From positions 23,177 to 87,176 of the forward strand of contig CANGUG010000010.1 of the NCBI GenBank assembly GCA_947457075.1: DNA of 64,000 bases, given 5' to 3'. Of the stretch, positions 17,333-27,240 are shown one piece after another. The translations under genes were made by a program, and so were the position numbers. The stretch is from Bacteroidota bacterium (GTDB lineage Bacteria; Bacteroidota; Bacteroidia; Chitinophagales; Chitinophagaceae). Numbering within the stretch: the first letter of the stretch is position 1; the number at the start of each line of letters is the position of its first letter. The notes beneath the pieces were generated by a model. It was not told the origin of the DNA. It saw only the letters and a program-made list of their open reading frames with translations, and did not search any database.

Positions 17333-20300
17333 ATGAGAAAAAAACTTTTATGGAGCTTACTTGCATCTTGCCTATTTTTTGGTAATGCAATGGCCCAAAA
17401 TTCTACCGTGAATGGTAGAGTAACTGATGATAAGGGAGATCCAATTGTTGGAGCTACTATTCAGGTTAAAGGAACAAATGTGGGAACTACATCAGATAAT
17501 GATGGTGTTTTCAAAATTAAAGCTGCAAATGGTGCTACTTTAACAATACAGGCACTTGGTTTTGAAACCAAAACAGTGGCTGCTACTAATAACCTAGTTG
17601 TTAAACTAGTTACTGATGTGAAAGCATTAAGTGAAGTAGTTGTAACTGGTTTTGGTGGATCACTCATTAAAAAAGAATTAACTGGTAACATTGCACGTGT
17701 TCGTGGAAAGGATATCGAATATATGCCTACACCAAGTGTGGACGCTGCATTACAAGGTAAAGCTGCCGGTGTATTCGTAAATAGCCAATCTGGTAAATTA
17801 GGTCAAGCGGTAACAGTGAGAGTAAGAGGTAACTCTTCAATTTCTGCTTCTAGCCAACCTTTATATGTATTAGATGGTATCCCAGTAACTTCTCAGGATC
17901 AATCTACTTATGGTGGTGATATGAACCCATTAACTGATTTGAACCCTAACGATATTGAATCAATTGAAGTTTTAAAAGACGCCTCTGCAGGTGCGATCTA
18001 TGGATCTCGTGCTGCAAATGGTGTAGTTTTAATCACTACAAAAAGAGGTAAGGCTGGAAGAACACAAATCACTTTTAACTTACAAACTGGTCAGTCAGAA
18101 GCTACCAAAAGAGTTAGAATGTTAAATTCAACTGAGTACAACGAGTTAGCAATGGAAGCTGCTAAGTATTCTGATGATGCGGAAGGTATTCCTTACACTG
18201 ATCCTTCAAGCTATACTCAATACATGAAGGACATTATGAGTTACCATAGTTTTGGACAATGGGATACTGATAAGGCTAAGTCTTACGATTGGCAGGATCA
18301 GGCATTTCAAACAGGCCAATACCGCCAAGCTGATTTACAAATTAGAGGTGGTAATGATAAAACTAAATTCTTCTCTTCTTTCCAACACTTAGACCAAGGT
18401 GGTACAATTGTTGGTAATGATTTAAGCAGAACTACAGGTCGTTTAAATGTGGATCAAAAAGCAAATGATTGGTTAGATTTAGGAGTTTCTTTAAGCTTGT
18501 CTAGAACATACAATCGTCGTTTGCCAGGTGATAATGCGTTTTCTAATCCATTACAATCTGCTGCATTACTTCCAATGACTCCATTTACTGATCCTAACAC
18601 GGGCTTACCAACAGGTACACCTCCAGGTGATGTAAACGTGGGTATATATTTTAACCCAAGAATTCAAATTGATTACGCAAAGTATACACAGGATGTGTAC
18701 AGAACTTTTGGTAATACTTATTTCAAAGTGAAATTATTACCAGGTTTAACATTCCAATCTGAATTTGGTTTAGACTTCTTAAGCCAAAATGAAGAGCGTT
18801 ATTTCCAAACACAAACAGTTAGAAACACAAGTTCTTCAACTGGTGAGGGTACTAACACAGGCGCATTTATCACTAACTATAATACCAATAGCTATTTTAG
18901 CTATAATAAAATAAAGGGTGTGCACAATTTCGCTGCTACTTTAGGTATGCAATACCAACAATCTCAAGCGAAATATAACAGTACTACTGGTATTGGCTTC
19001 CCTTCTGATTCTTATAAAAAAATTGCAAGTGCTGCTACTAAATCTGGTGGTAGTTCTTCTCAAACAGATTTCAGATTTTTATCTTATTTTTTAAGAACTA
19101 ATTACACATTTAACGAAAAGTATATCGTTTCAGCAAGTGGTCGTATAGATGCATCTTCTAGATTTGGTAAGAATTCAAGAACTGGTTTCTTCCCAGCACT
19201 TTCTGCTGGTTGGATCTTGTCTAACGAGAAGTTCTTAAGCAATAACAAATATTTAAGTTTCTTGAAAGCAAGAGCTTCTTATGGTATCGTGGGTAACTCT
19301 GAAATTGGTAACTTCCCTCAAATGGGCTTGTTTACTGGTGACGCTGGTTATGCTGGTGCTGCTGGTCAAAGACCTTCTCAATTAAGAAATGATGACTTGA
19401 GATGGGAATCAACTACTCAAACTGACGTAGGTATCGATTTCGGTTTCTTTAATAATAGAATCTCTGGAGAAATTGACTATTACGTTAAAAATACAGATGG
19501 TTTGTTATTAAACGTAAATATCCCAGCAACAACTGGTTTTTCTAGCATGGTAAAGAATGTTGGTAAATTAGAAAACAAAGGATATGAATTTGTATTAAAT
19601 ACACAAAACTTAGTAGGCGAATTCAAGTGGAACACAAGCTTTAACGTTGCATTGAACCAAAATAAGGTTACCGATATCCAAGGTCAAGTAATTGAAGGCG
19701 GTGTGGGTAATATGAACCGTGTTCAAGAAGGATATGCAATTGGTGTTTACTATACTGCAGAGTGGGCTGGTGTTGATCCTGCGAATGGTAATGCATTATG
19801 GTATAAGAATACAAAAAATGCAGACGGAACAATTGACAGGACTAAAACAAGCGTATTTAGTCAAGCACAAAGAGTGGTTACAGGTAATCCTAACCCAGAT
19901 GTAATTTTAGGTTTCACCAACTCATTCTCTTACAAAGGATTTGACATGTCAATATTCTTCAATGCGGTGTTTGGTAACGAAAATAACATTTACGGTATGG
20001 GTCGTTATTCTTCTGCTAGTATGCGTTATGAGGATAACCAAACATATGATCAAATGGCACGTTGGCAAAAGCCTGGTGATATCACCAATATCCCTCAAGC
20101 AAGATTGTTCTATAACAATGGTGCTCAAATTAGTAGTCGTTACATTGTTGACGGTTCTTACATTCGTTTAAGAACAGCTTCACTTGGATATACTTTTGAT
20201 GCTAAGAAATTAAGAAAGCTTAAGCTTGAAAAATTAAGAGTGTATGTATCAGGACAAAACTTATTAACCTTCACAAAGTATCCTTATTGGGATCCTGAGG

Positions 20301-20401
20301 TTAATGCGGATGATTTTGATTCAAATATTGCAAAGGGCAATGACTTTTATACACCGCCACAACCAAGAACAATATTGTTTGGCGTAAACATTAATTTCTA
20401 A
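17333..20401 (+). CDS. susC: SusC/RagA family TonB-dependent receptor
   Basis: Signal peptide, carboxypeptidase-regulatory-like domain, LSEVVVTGF, ALQGKAAGV, PLYVLDG, LNPNDIESIEVLKDASAGAIYGSRAANGVVLITTKRG, LRWE, and C-terminal PRTILFGVNINF. Confidence 0.96.
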   Translation: MRKKLLWSLLASCLFFGNAMAQNSTVNGRVTDDKGDPIVGATIQVKGTNVGTTSDNDGVFKIKAANGATLTIQALGFETKTVAATNNLVVKLVTDVKALSEVVVTGFGGSLIKKELTGNIARVRGKDIEYMPTPSVDAALQGKAAGVFVNSQSGKLGQAVTVRVRGNSSISASSQPLYVLDGIPVTSQDQSTYGGDMNPLTDLNPNDIESIEVLKDASAGAIYGSRAANGVVLITTKRGKAGRTQITFNLQTGQSEATKRVRMLNSTEYNELAMEAAKYSDDAEGIPYTDPSSYTQYMKDIMSYHSFGQWDTDKAKSYDWQDQAFQTGQYRQADLQIRGGNDKTKFFSSFQHLDQGGTIVGNDLSRTTGRLNVDQKANDWLDLGVSLSLSRTYNRRLPGDNAFSNPLQSAALLPMTPFTDPNTGLPTGTPPGDVNVGIYFNPRIQIDYAKYTQDVYRTFGNTYFKVKLLPGLTFQSEFGLDFLSQNEERYFQTQTVRNTSSSTGEGTNTGAFITNYNTNSYFSYNKIKGVHNFAATLGMQYQQSQAKYNSTTGIGFPSDSYKKIASAATKSGGSSSQTDFRFLSYFLRTNYTFNEKYIVSASGRIDASSRFGKNSRTGFFPALSAGWILSNEKFLSNNKYLSFLKARASYGIVGNSEIGNFPQMGLFTGDAGYAGAAGQRPSQLRNDDLRWESTTQTDVGIDFGFFNNRISGEIDYYVKNTDGLLLNVNIPATTGFSSMVKNVGKLENKGYEFVLNTQNLVGEFKWNTSFNVALNQNKVTDIQGQVIEGGVGNMNRVQEGYAIGVYYTAEWAGVDPANGNALWYKNTKNADGTIDRTKTSVFSQAQRVVTGNPNPDVILGFTNSFSYKGFDMSIFFNAVFGNENNIYGMGRYSSASMRYEDNQTYDQMARWQKPGDITNIPQARLFYNNGAQISSRYIVDGSYIRLRTASLGYTFDAKKLRKLKLEKLRVYVSGQNLLTFTKYPYWDPEVNADDFDSNIAKGNDFYTPPQPRTILFGVNINF

Positions 20402-20420
20402 TTTGTTAATAATGAATTTT

Positions 20421-21809
20421 ATGAAAATATATAAAAAAACAATAAACAAATACTTAACTGCTATTTTGTTTACGAGCGTACTTGCTACGGCTTGCGAAAA
20501 GCGTTTGGACGTATTCCCGTACCAAAGTATTTCCGATAGTAAAGCCTTATTATCTGAGGGTGATGTAAATGTTACGCTTGTTGGAGCTTATGATGGAGCG
20601 CAAGCAGCAACGCTTTACGGTGGAGATATTATGGTATTGAATGAATTAATCGGTAATAGCGATAATATTAATTTCACTGGTACTTTTGCAGGCTTATCTG
20701 ATGCGTACAGAGGGCAAATGGTAGCCAACAACTCCAATGCAACAGGTACTTGGACCGCAGCTTACAGTACGATTAATCGTATCAACAATGTTTTATCAGC
20801 GATTGATAAAGTAACTTCTTCACCAGCTAATAAAGCGCGTGTTGAAGGAGAAGCTCTTTTCTTAAGAGGCTCTCTTTATTTTGAATTGGTAAAATTATTT
20901 GCTAAGCCATTTGGTGATGGCGATTACGCTGCAAATTTGGGTGTGCCAATTGTTTTAACACCAACTGGTAATGTAACTGAAGCGGATTATAAAGCAAGAG
21001 CAACTGTGAAAGCAGTATATGATCAAGTGATCGCTGACTTAAATAGAGCTGAAACTTTATTGCCGTCTTCAAATGGCATCTACGCAACAAAATGGTCAGC
21101 TGCTGCTCAATTATCAAGAGTACATTTAATGTTAAAAAATTATGCTGATGCTGGAGCTGCTGCTAATAGAGTAATTACTGGTAGCGGTAAAACCATTGCG
21201 AATGATATTGACAAAAACTGGTTTACTTTTATTAAAAATGGCGGAACAACACCTGCTGAATATTTATTTTCAATGAAAGTAACTGCTCAGGATGGTACTA
21301 ACGCTTTAAATACTTATTTCGGAAGAACCATCAGTACCATTGCAGGTAGTGCTGGAAGAAGTGATTGTAAAATTAAAACAGCACATTTTGCTCAATACGA
21401 AACAGGGGATAAAAGAAAAGACTATTTTGTTTTATCAGGCGGTAACTACTACACCATGAAGCATTTGGATCGTTTTGGTGATGTGCCAGTTATTCGTTTA
21501 TCTGAAATGCATTTAACAAGAGCTGAAGCAAATGTGAGAGCGGGTACTGCAGTGGGTGCATCAGCACTAACTGATGTGAATGCAATTCGTACACGTGCTG
21601 GTTTAGCTCCTTTAAATACAGTTTCTTTAGCGGATGTATTAAAAGAAAGAAGACTAGAATTAGCTTTCGAAGGACAATTCTTACCAGATGCTAAGAGATT
21701 ACAAATTTCTGTTGGTACTTTGGCTTGGAATTCTCCAAAGTTAATCATGCCTATCCCTCAAAGAGAGATGGATGTAAATAAAAAATTAGTACAAAACGAA
21801 GGTTATTAA
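20421..21809 (+). CDS. susD: SusD/RagB family surface lipoprotein
   Basis: Lipobox LATAC, W...YSTINRIN, GEALFLRG..YFELVKLF, VIRLSEMHL.RAEA, ERRLELAFEG, PIPQRE; directly follows susC. Confidence 0.93.
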   Translation: MKIYKKTINKYLTAILFTSVLATACEKRLDVFPYQSISDSKALLSEGDVNVTLVGAYDGAQAATLYGGDIMVLNELIGNSDNINFTGTFAGLSDAYRGQMVANNSNATGTWTAAYSTINRINNVLSAIDKVTSSPANKARVEGEALFLRGSLYFELVKLFAKPFGDGDYAANLGVPIVLTPTGNVTEADYKARATVKAVYDQVIADLNRAETLLPSSNGIYATKWSAAAQLSRVHLMLKNYADAGAAANRVITGSGKTIANDIDKNWFTFIKNGGTTPAEYLFSMKVTAQDGTNALNTYFGRTISTIAGSAGRSDCKIKTAHFAQYETGDKRKDYFVLSGGNYYTMKHLDRFGDVPVIRLSEMHLTRAEANVRAGTAVGASALTDVNAIRTRAGLAPLNTVSLADVLKERRLELAFEGQFLPDAKRLQISVGTLAWNSPKLIMPIPQREMDVNKKLVQNEGY

Positions 21810-21845
21810 TTCTAACTGAATGATTTAACTAAGTTTAACAACTTA

Positions 21846-21889
21846 AAAAATGCCCTCATGAAGTTTAACTTCTGGGGGCATTTTTATTT
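21846..21889 (+). terminator. Rho-independent terminator after susD
   Basis: AAAAATGCCCTCA(t)GAAGT-tta-ACTTCTGGGGGCATTTTT hairpin followed by a T-rich tail. Confidence 0.8.
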
Positions 21890-21933
21890 CAGGTCCATTT
21901 TTGTTTTTGAAGTACTTTTCCTATCTTAACACT

Positions 21934-23268
21934 ATGCAGGAAACAAAAAAACAATTGGGATTGTGGACGAGTACTTCATTGGTCGTTGGCAATATGATTG
22001 GTGCAGGTGTATTTATGATGCCTGCTACTTTGTCCAGCTTTGGAGGCATAAGTTTAATTGGATGGGTTTGTGCTGCGATTGGGGCATTTTTAATTGCAAA
22101 AGTATTTGCGCATTTATCTAAATTATTGCCCGCTGCCGACGGCGGACCCTATGCGTATTCACAAAAAGGATTAGGTGATTTTGCCGGCTTTCTAGTAGCC
22201 TGGGGTTATTTGGTTTCTGTATGGTGCACCAATGCCGCTATTACGGTTTCCTTTATCAGCGCAATGAGTACTTTTATTCCCAGTTTGGCAACTAATTCCA
22301 TTTTAGCAGTGGCTACAGGACTAGGCACCATTTGGTTTTTATCTTGGATAAATTCCTTAGGTATTTTAACCTCAGGCATCCTTCAATTAGTCACTACCAT
22401 TTTAAAAATTGTCCCCATTGTTTTAATTGGGGTTGTTGGATTATTTTATATTCAATGGAATAATTTTTTACCTTTTAATTCCAGCGGTACTTCCTCCATT
22501 GCTGCTATTACAGCAACAACCACCTTAACGTTTTTCGCTTTCCTTGGCATTGAATGTGCAACCATTCCTTCGGGCAGTGTGGCAAATTCTGCAGCTACTG
22601 TTGCCAAAGCTACTACTTTGGGCACCCTCATTGCAACAGTTGTATATATTTTAAGTACGGTAAGCATTATGGGGATGATCCCAGCTGCTGCTCTAAAACA
22701 AAGTGTCACTCCCTTTGCCGATGCAGCGGTTATTATTTGGGGAGCGAGTGCAAAATATTGGGTAAGTGCAGGGGTAGCTATATCCGCATTTGGTGCCCTC
22801 AACGGGTACATTTTAATCCAAGGACAAATGCCTTATGCCATTGCCAAAGACAAGTTATTTCCCGCTATTTTTACCCGTAAAAATAACAAAGGTGTTCCTG
22901 TATTTGGGATTGTGATTTCTAGCATTTTTGTTTCTGTATTTATGGCCATGAATTATACCAAAGGATTAGTGGCTCAGTTTCAGTTTTTAATTTTATTGAC
23001 AACTTCAACTATTTTAATTCCTTATATATTTTGCACTGCTTCCTATTTATTATTAAGATTAAAGGGATCATTGCCTTCCAACGCAGTATTTAACGGTGCA
23101 ATATTATTAGCAAGTTTGGCATTTGTTTTTTGCATGTGGATCACTATAGGCTTAGGATATGAAACCGTATTCTGGGGCTTTGTACTTACCATGTCCTCGG
23201 TGCCAATTTATGTTTTTGCGGTTTGGAAAAGAGATCAAAAAACCAATAAGGATAATCAACTACTTTAG
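21934..23268 (+). CDS. APC-superfamily amino acid permease (PotE/CadB/ArcD-like)
   Basis: GNMIGAGVFMMP, GGPYAY, FAFLGIECAT and about 12 TM segments. The ATG at 21934 is preferred. Confidence 0.9.
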   Translation: MQETKKQLGLWTSTSLVVGNMIGAGVFMMPATLSSFGGISLIGWVCAAIGAFLIAKVFAHLSKLLPAADGGPYAYSQKGLGDFAGFLVAWGYLVSVWCTNAAITVSFISAMSTFIPSLATNSILAVATGLGTIWFLSWINSLGILTSGILQLVTTILKIVPIVLIGVVGLFYIQWNNFLPFNSSGTSSIAAITATTTLTFFAFLGIECATIPSGSVANSAATVAKATTLGTLIATVVYILSTVSIMGMIPAAALKQSVTPFADAAVIIWGASAKYWVSAGVAISAFGALNGYILIQGQMPYAIAKDKLFPAIFTRKNNKGVPVFGIVISSIFVSVFMAMNYTKGLVAQFQFLILLTTSTILIPYIFCTASYLLLRLKGSLPSNAVFNGAILLASLAFVFCMWITIGLGYETVFWGFVLTMSSVPIYVFAVWKRDQKTNKDNQLL

Positions 23269-23341
23269 ATTTTTGTATTTTAACAGCCGATATATTTTAA
23301 ACACAACTACGAATCAATAATACTAAGTAATATAATCCACC

Positions 23342-24211
23342 ATGAGCGCACATTCTGAATCAGGAAAATTAAAATCGGTTTTTATCAAAAAAGCAGCTGC
23401 TGCATTTATTGATGAGGCACATGTTTCAAAACATTGGGAAGCCCTTAATTATTTGGGTAAACCTGTTATTGAAAAAGCATTGGAAGAGTATGAGGCATTT
23501 GAAAAAATTTTAAAAGACAATGGGGCAGAAGTTTTGTATTTTCCTCAGGAGGATAGTGTAAATATGGATTCAATTTATTGTAGAGATGCAGCTATTGCCA
23601 CCAGTAAAGGAATGATTATTTGCAATATGGGCAAAGCAGGTCGAGTGAATGAACCAGTTGTTCAACAACACGCTTTTGAAGCCAATGGCATTCCTGTACT
23701 AGGGATGATCACTGCACCAGGTACTTTAGAAGGAGGTGATGTAGCCTGGCTAGATGAGAAAACATTGGCAGTGGGCCATACCTATCGAACCAATGAAGAA
23801 GGAATAAGGCAATTAACTGCATTCGTTTCACCATTAGGCGTAACAGTTATATCCGTGCCTATGCCCCATTACAAAGGGCCTTCGGACGTGTTTCATTTAA
23901 TGTCGGTATTGAGTCCAGTAGATAGTAATTTAGCAGTGGTGTATTCTCCCTTAATTCCAATTGTATTTAGAAACGAATTAATTGCACGCGGTTATGAATT
24001 AGTAGAAGTGCCTGATGCGGAGTTTGATAGCATGGGGTGCAATGTTTTAGCATTATCACCGCGAGTATGTTTAATGGTAAAGGGTAATCCAATCACCAAA
24101 GACAGGTTAGAAAAAGCAGGTTGTAAAGTAATTGAATATGAAGGCGAAGAAATTAGCGTTAAAGGAGGAGGAGGACCTACTTGTTTAACAAGACCGCTTA
24201 TGCGTGATTAA
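23342..24211 (+). CDS. Amidinotransferase-fold enzyme (dimethylarginine dimethylaminohydrolase / arginine deiminase family)
   Basis: ESGKLKSV, IYCRD, LEGGDV, catalytic His in FHLMS and catalytic Cys in GGGPTCLTRP. Confidence 0.85.
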   Translation: MSAHSESGKLKSVFIKKAAAAFIDEAHVSKHWEALNYLGKPVIEKALEEYEAFEKILKDNGAEVLYFPQEDSVNMDSIYCRDAAIATSKGMIICNMGKAGRVNEPVVQQHAFEANGIPVLGMITAPGTLEGGDVAWLDEKTLAVGHTYRTNEEGIRQLTAFVSPLGVTVISVPMPHYKGPSDVFHLMSVLSPVDSNLAVVYSPLIPIVFRNELIARGYELVEVPDAEFDSMGCNVLALSPRVCLMVKGNPITKDRLEKAGCKVIEYEGEEISVKGGGGPTCLTRPLMRD

Positions 24212-24239
24212 AATTTAAAATAGTTATCGCCACTTTTAA

Positions 24240-24794
24240 TTATGCATTCCAATCCCATAGGACGATATCCCAGCCAGTTCCTACTTGTTCAATGACACCA
24301 ATAGTTTCAAATCCAATTTTCTGGTGCATTTTAATGGATCTTTTATTGGATTGAGAAATATCCGTTACTAAATAAGTGTATTCTTTTGCATGAAGTTGTT
24401 GATAATAATCATACATAGCAGGTACCCAGCCCTGTCCTCTATGACTTTTAGCAACACAAACCTGACCCACTAAAATATAGGGAACTTCATTTAGCAATAC
24501 TCCCTTATACATGGTTTTGTTTAGGGTATTCAATAAATGATCTACTTCGGGATGTTCGCCGTACACCGCTTTATTGGTAACAATCGTATAACCCACCACT
24601 TCATCTTCTTCCTTAACAATAATAGATGGGTGTATTGCATGCATTTTTTGTAGCAAGGATAATTCATACTCTGAAGTAACAAATCCTTCTTTCATTGCTT
24701 CCTCCTCGCCAATGAGTCGTCTTAAATTATTTGTTTGTAATTGTTTTAACCCAATTATTTCCTGGGTTGTTTCTACTAGTTTTAAAATAGCCAT
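24240..24794 (-). CDS. GNAT family N-acetyltransferase
   Basis: GQVCVAKSHRGQG acetyl-CoA motif and NKRSIKMH.KIGF. Confidence 0.75.
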   Translation of the reverse strand: MAILKLVETTQEIIGLKQLQTNNLRRLIGEEEAMKEGFVTSEYELSLLQKMHAIHPSIIVKEEDEVVGYTIVTNKAVYGEHPEVDHLLNTLNKTMYKGVLLNEVPYILVGQVCVAKSHRGQGWVPAMYDYYQQLHAKEYTYLVTDISQSNKRSIKMHQKIGFETIGVIEQVGTGWDIVLWDWNA

Positions 24795-24802
24795 AAAATG
24801 AT

Positions 24803-26044
24803 TTATAAATTTATTAAACGTTTCAAATAATGGTATAATTTGAATTTTGCTCCTTGTTGTAACTGAGCACTATATATTCCATTAGCACCTGATGCAAAAT
24901 AAGCTACCCCAGTTGCGATACCTATAAATACTCCAGCATTTATTCCAAATAGTTCAATCCCAAGCACGATAGAAGCGATAACACAATGGGTTGCTCCTGC
25001 AAATACCGCTACCAAACCCATACCAGCTAATAAAGCCATTGGCAAAGGAATAAACCAAATTAAAATATTACCCAGTGTAGCACCAATAAAAAACAAGGGA
25101 GTGACTTCCCCTCCTTTAAATCCTGCACTTAAAGTAAATGTGGTAAGTAGTAGCTTAATGAAAAAATCATACTTCCCTATTGGATGATTAAATGATTCAA
25201 TTATAGTAGGGATACCAAGACCAATATGCTTAGTGGTGCCCAACAAACCAATGGCGACTAATAAAATAATTCCGCCAATGAATGGCCTAAAAGGAGGGTA
25301 TTTAATTTTTTTAAATAACCATGACCAAATAAAATTCATTTGAGTGAACAATAATGCAGCTAACCCAAAAATGAACCCTGCTAATAAGGTTGCACTAATA
25401 CTTGTAGTAGTGATACTAGGAATTTCACTAATAATATAAATAGTATGTTGTATGCCTAGCGTCAAACAAGTAAAGTGAGCAATATAAGCTGCAGCAAAAC
25501 TTGAAAGTAGATCCGCTAGCTTAACATTTTTGAAAAGCATAATTTCTAAAGCAAATAGCGCTCCTGCTAATGGAGTGCCAAAAACGGCAGCAAATCCTGC
25601 ACTTATTCCAATTATGATGATTGTTTTACGCTCCTCTTTATTACATTTAAACAGTTTGGTAAATTGATCAGCGATAGCGCCTCCCATTTGAACTGCTGTG
25701 CCTTCTCGGCCTGCTGAACCACCCGCCAAATGTGTTAAAATGGTGCCTATATATACTAAGGGGGCCATTCTAAATGGGATGGTCGCTTGTGGCGAATGGT
25801 ATTGTTCAATTAGTAAATTATTTCCTTTCTTAGCTTCCCCGCCATAATAATGATATAATGCTCCTATGGCAAATCCAATAATCGGCAAGCTATATATAAT
25901 CCATTTATGTGTTTCCCTAAAATTAGTAATCTCTCCTAAACTGTATAAAAAAAATGCAGTAGCTGCACCAGTCAATATGCCAATTATTAAACAAAGTATT
26001 ATCCATTTCAAAAAGCCATTCTTCAGGGCATTGATCTGTTGCAT
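24803..26044 (-). CDS. eriC: CLC family channel/antiporter, fluoride-exporter (CLC-F) type
   Basis: Multi-TM protein with GNNLL, GREGT and GEVTP at the three CLC signature positions. Confidence 0.85.
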   Translation of the reverse strand: MQQINALKNGFLKWIILCLIIGILTGAATAFFLYSLGEITNFRETHKWIIYSLPIIGFAIGALYHYYGGEAKKGNNLLIEQYHSPQATIPFRMAPLVYIGTILTHLAGGSAGREGTAVQMGGAIADQFTKLFKCNKEERKTIIIIGISAGFAAVFGTPLAGALFALEIMLFKNVKLADLLSSFAAAYIAHFTCLTLGIQHTIYIISEIPSITTTSISATLLAGFIFGLAALLFTQMNFIWSWLFKKIKYPPFRPFIGGIILLVAIGLLGTTKHIGLGIPTIIESFNHPIGKYDFFIKLLLTTFTLSAGFKGGEVTPLFFIGATLGNILIWFIPLPMALLAGMGLVAVFAGATHCVIASIVLGIELFGINAGVFIGIATGVAYFASGANGIYSAQLQQGAKFKLYHYLKRLINL

Positions 26045-26047
26045 ACC

Positions 26048-26293
26048 TTATGACTGATTCTTTTTTCTTTTCACTATCATGATAATCGCAATGAATACCC
26101 AAATAGTATTGACCACCATGCTTGGATAAGCCTGGTGAAAATAGGTATTGATTACAAAAAACAATCCTCCAATTATATTGGCCCAAACATACCATTTGCT
26201 TTCGGTAGATAATTTACCTGTGATATTCAAGGCGTAGGATCCTACAATTAATACTGAGGCAATCCAGCCCAGCGTTTCAATGAGTAAATTCAT
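26048..26293 (-). CDS. Small membrane protein (CBU_0592-like)
   Basis: 81 aa with three hydrophobic segments, GWIAS..I..SY and W..NIIG pattern; 3 nt from the CLC start. Confidence 0.6.
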   Translation of the reverse strand: MNLLIETLGWIASVLIVGSYALNITGKLSTESKWYVWANIIGGLFFVINTYFHQAYPSMVVNTIWVFIAIIMIVKRKKNQS

Positions 26294-26437
26294 TATATAA
26301 AATTACAGTAAAACTGCTTAAAATGCTTGTTTTTGTAGAATAAGCCGCACCTAGTATATGTCTAGGAATTAATAAAAAAATTAACTATATTTATAAACAC
26401 AACACTATTACAATTTATTTAAAAATGGCGCGCTAAT

Positions 26438-27070
26438 ATGAAAAACTCATACGAAAAATTACTTGAGAATAATAAAAAATGGGTAGCGGATCAATTAGCA
26501 CTAAACCCTAATTTTTTTAATGAATTGGCGGATAAGCAAAATCCAGCGTATTTATGGATAGGTTGTTCGGATAGTCGCGTCCCTGCAAATCAAATTACAG
26601 GAACAAATCCAGGGGAAGTATTCGTGCATCGTAATATTGCCAATATGGTGGTACACAGTGATATGAATATGCTAAGTGTATTGTCTTATGCAGTGGAGGT
26701 TTTACAGGTAAAACATATTATCGTTTGTGGTCATTATGGTTGTGGTGGAGTCATCGCTGCAATGAACAATAAACAACTAGGTTTAATTGATAATTGGTTA
26801 CGCCATATCAAGGATGTTTATCGTTATCATCATGTTGAGCTGGATGCCATTGCTGATAAAGATCAAAGAGCAAGAAGATTTGTGGAACTAAATGTAATGG
26901 AACAAGTACATGATTTAGGAAAAACTTCCATTGTTCAAAATGCATGGAAAAGGGGGCAAAACCTACACTTGCATGGCTGGGCTTATGACATAAAAGACGG
27001 ACTCATTAATGACTTAGGGGTAAACTTTACCAATACAGACGACCTGCATAATGTTTATCATTTAGATTAG
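26438..27070 (+). CDS. can: Beta-class carbonic anhydrase
   Basis: [18 protein letters not shown] and [10 protein letters not shown] Zn ligands. Confidence 0.95.
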   Translation: MKNSYEKLLENNKKWVADQLALNPNFFNELADKQNPAYLWIGCSDSRVPANQITGTNPGEVFVHRNIANMVVHSDMNMLSVLSYAVEVLQVKHIIVCGHYGCGGVIAAMNNKQLGLIDNWLRHIKDVYRYHHVELDAIADKDQRARRFVELNVMEQVHDLGKTSIVQNAWKRGQNLHLHGWAYDIKDGLINDLGVNFTNTDDLHNVYHLD

Positions 27071-27240
27071 TAGCAAATGCATATTGGAGCAGATAAAGTC
27101 ACTAGTCCTGTAAATACAGCTTATTGAATAGCATTTTCATCCATTTTAAGCGTCAACAATTGACTTTGCTTTGGGCTTAAAAACTGCTTTTAAAATACTG
27201 ATTATCAAATACTTATTTTTTTGATTGCATTTGTTACTAA

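Noticed and set aside
26294-26437. Fluoride (crcB) riboswitch upstream of the CLC-F operon
   Set aside because: I could not find the GGxGATGG...CC / AAACCGC / GCTRATGAC elements on the minus strand by eye; an Infernal scan would be decisive.
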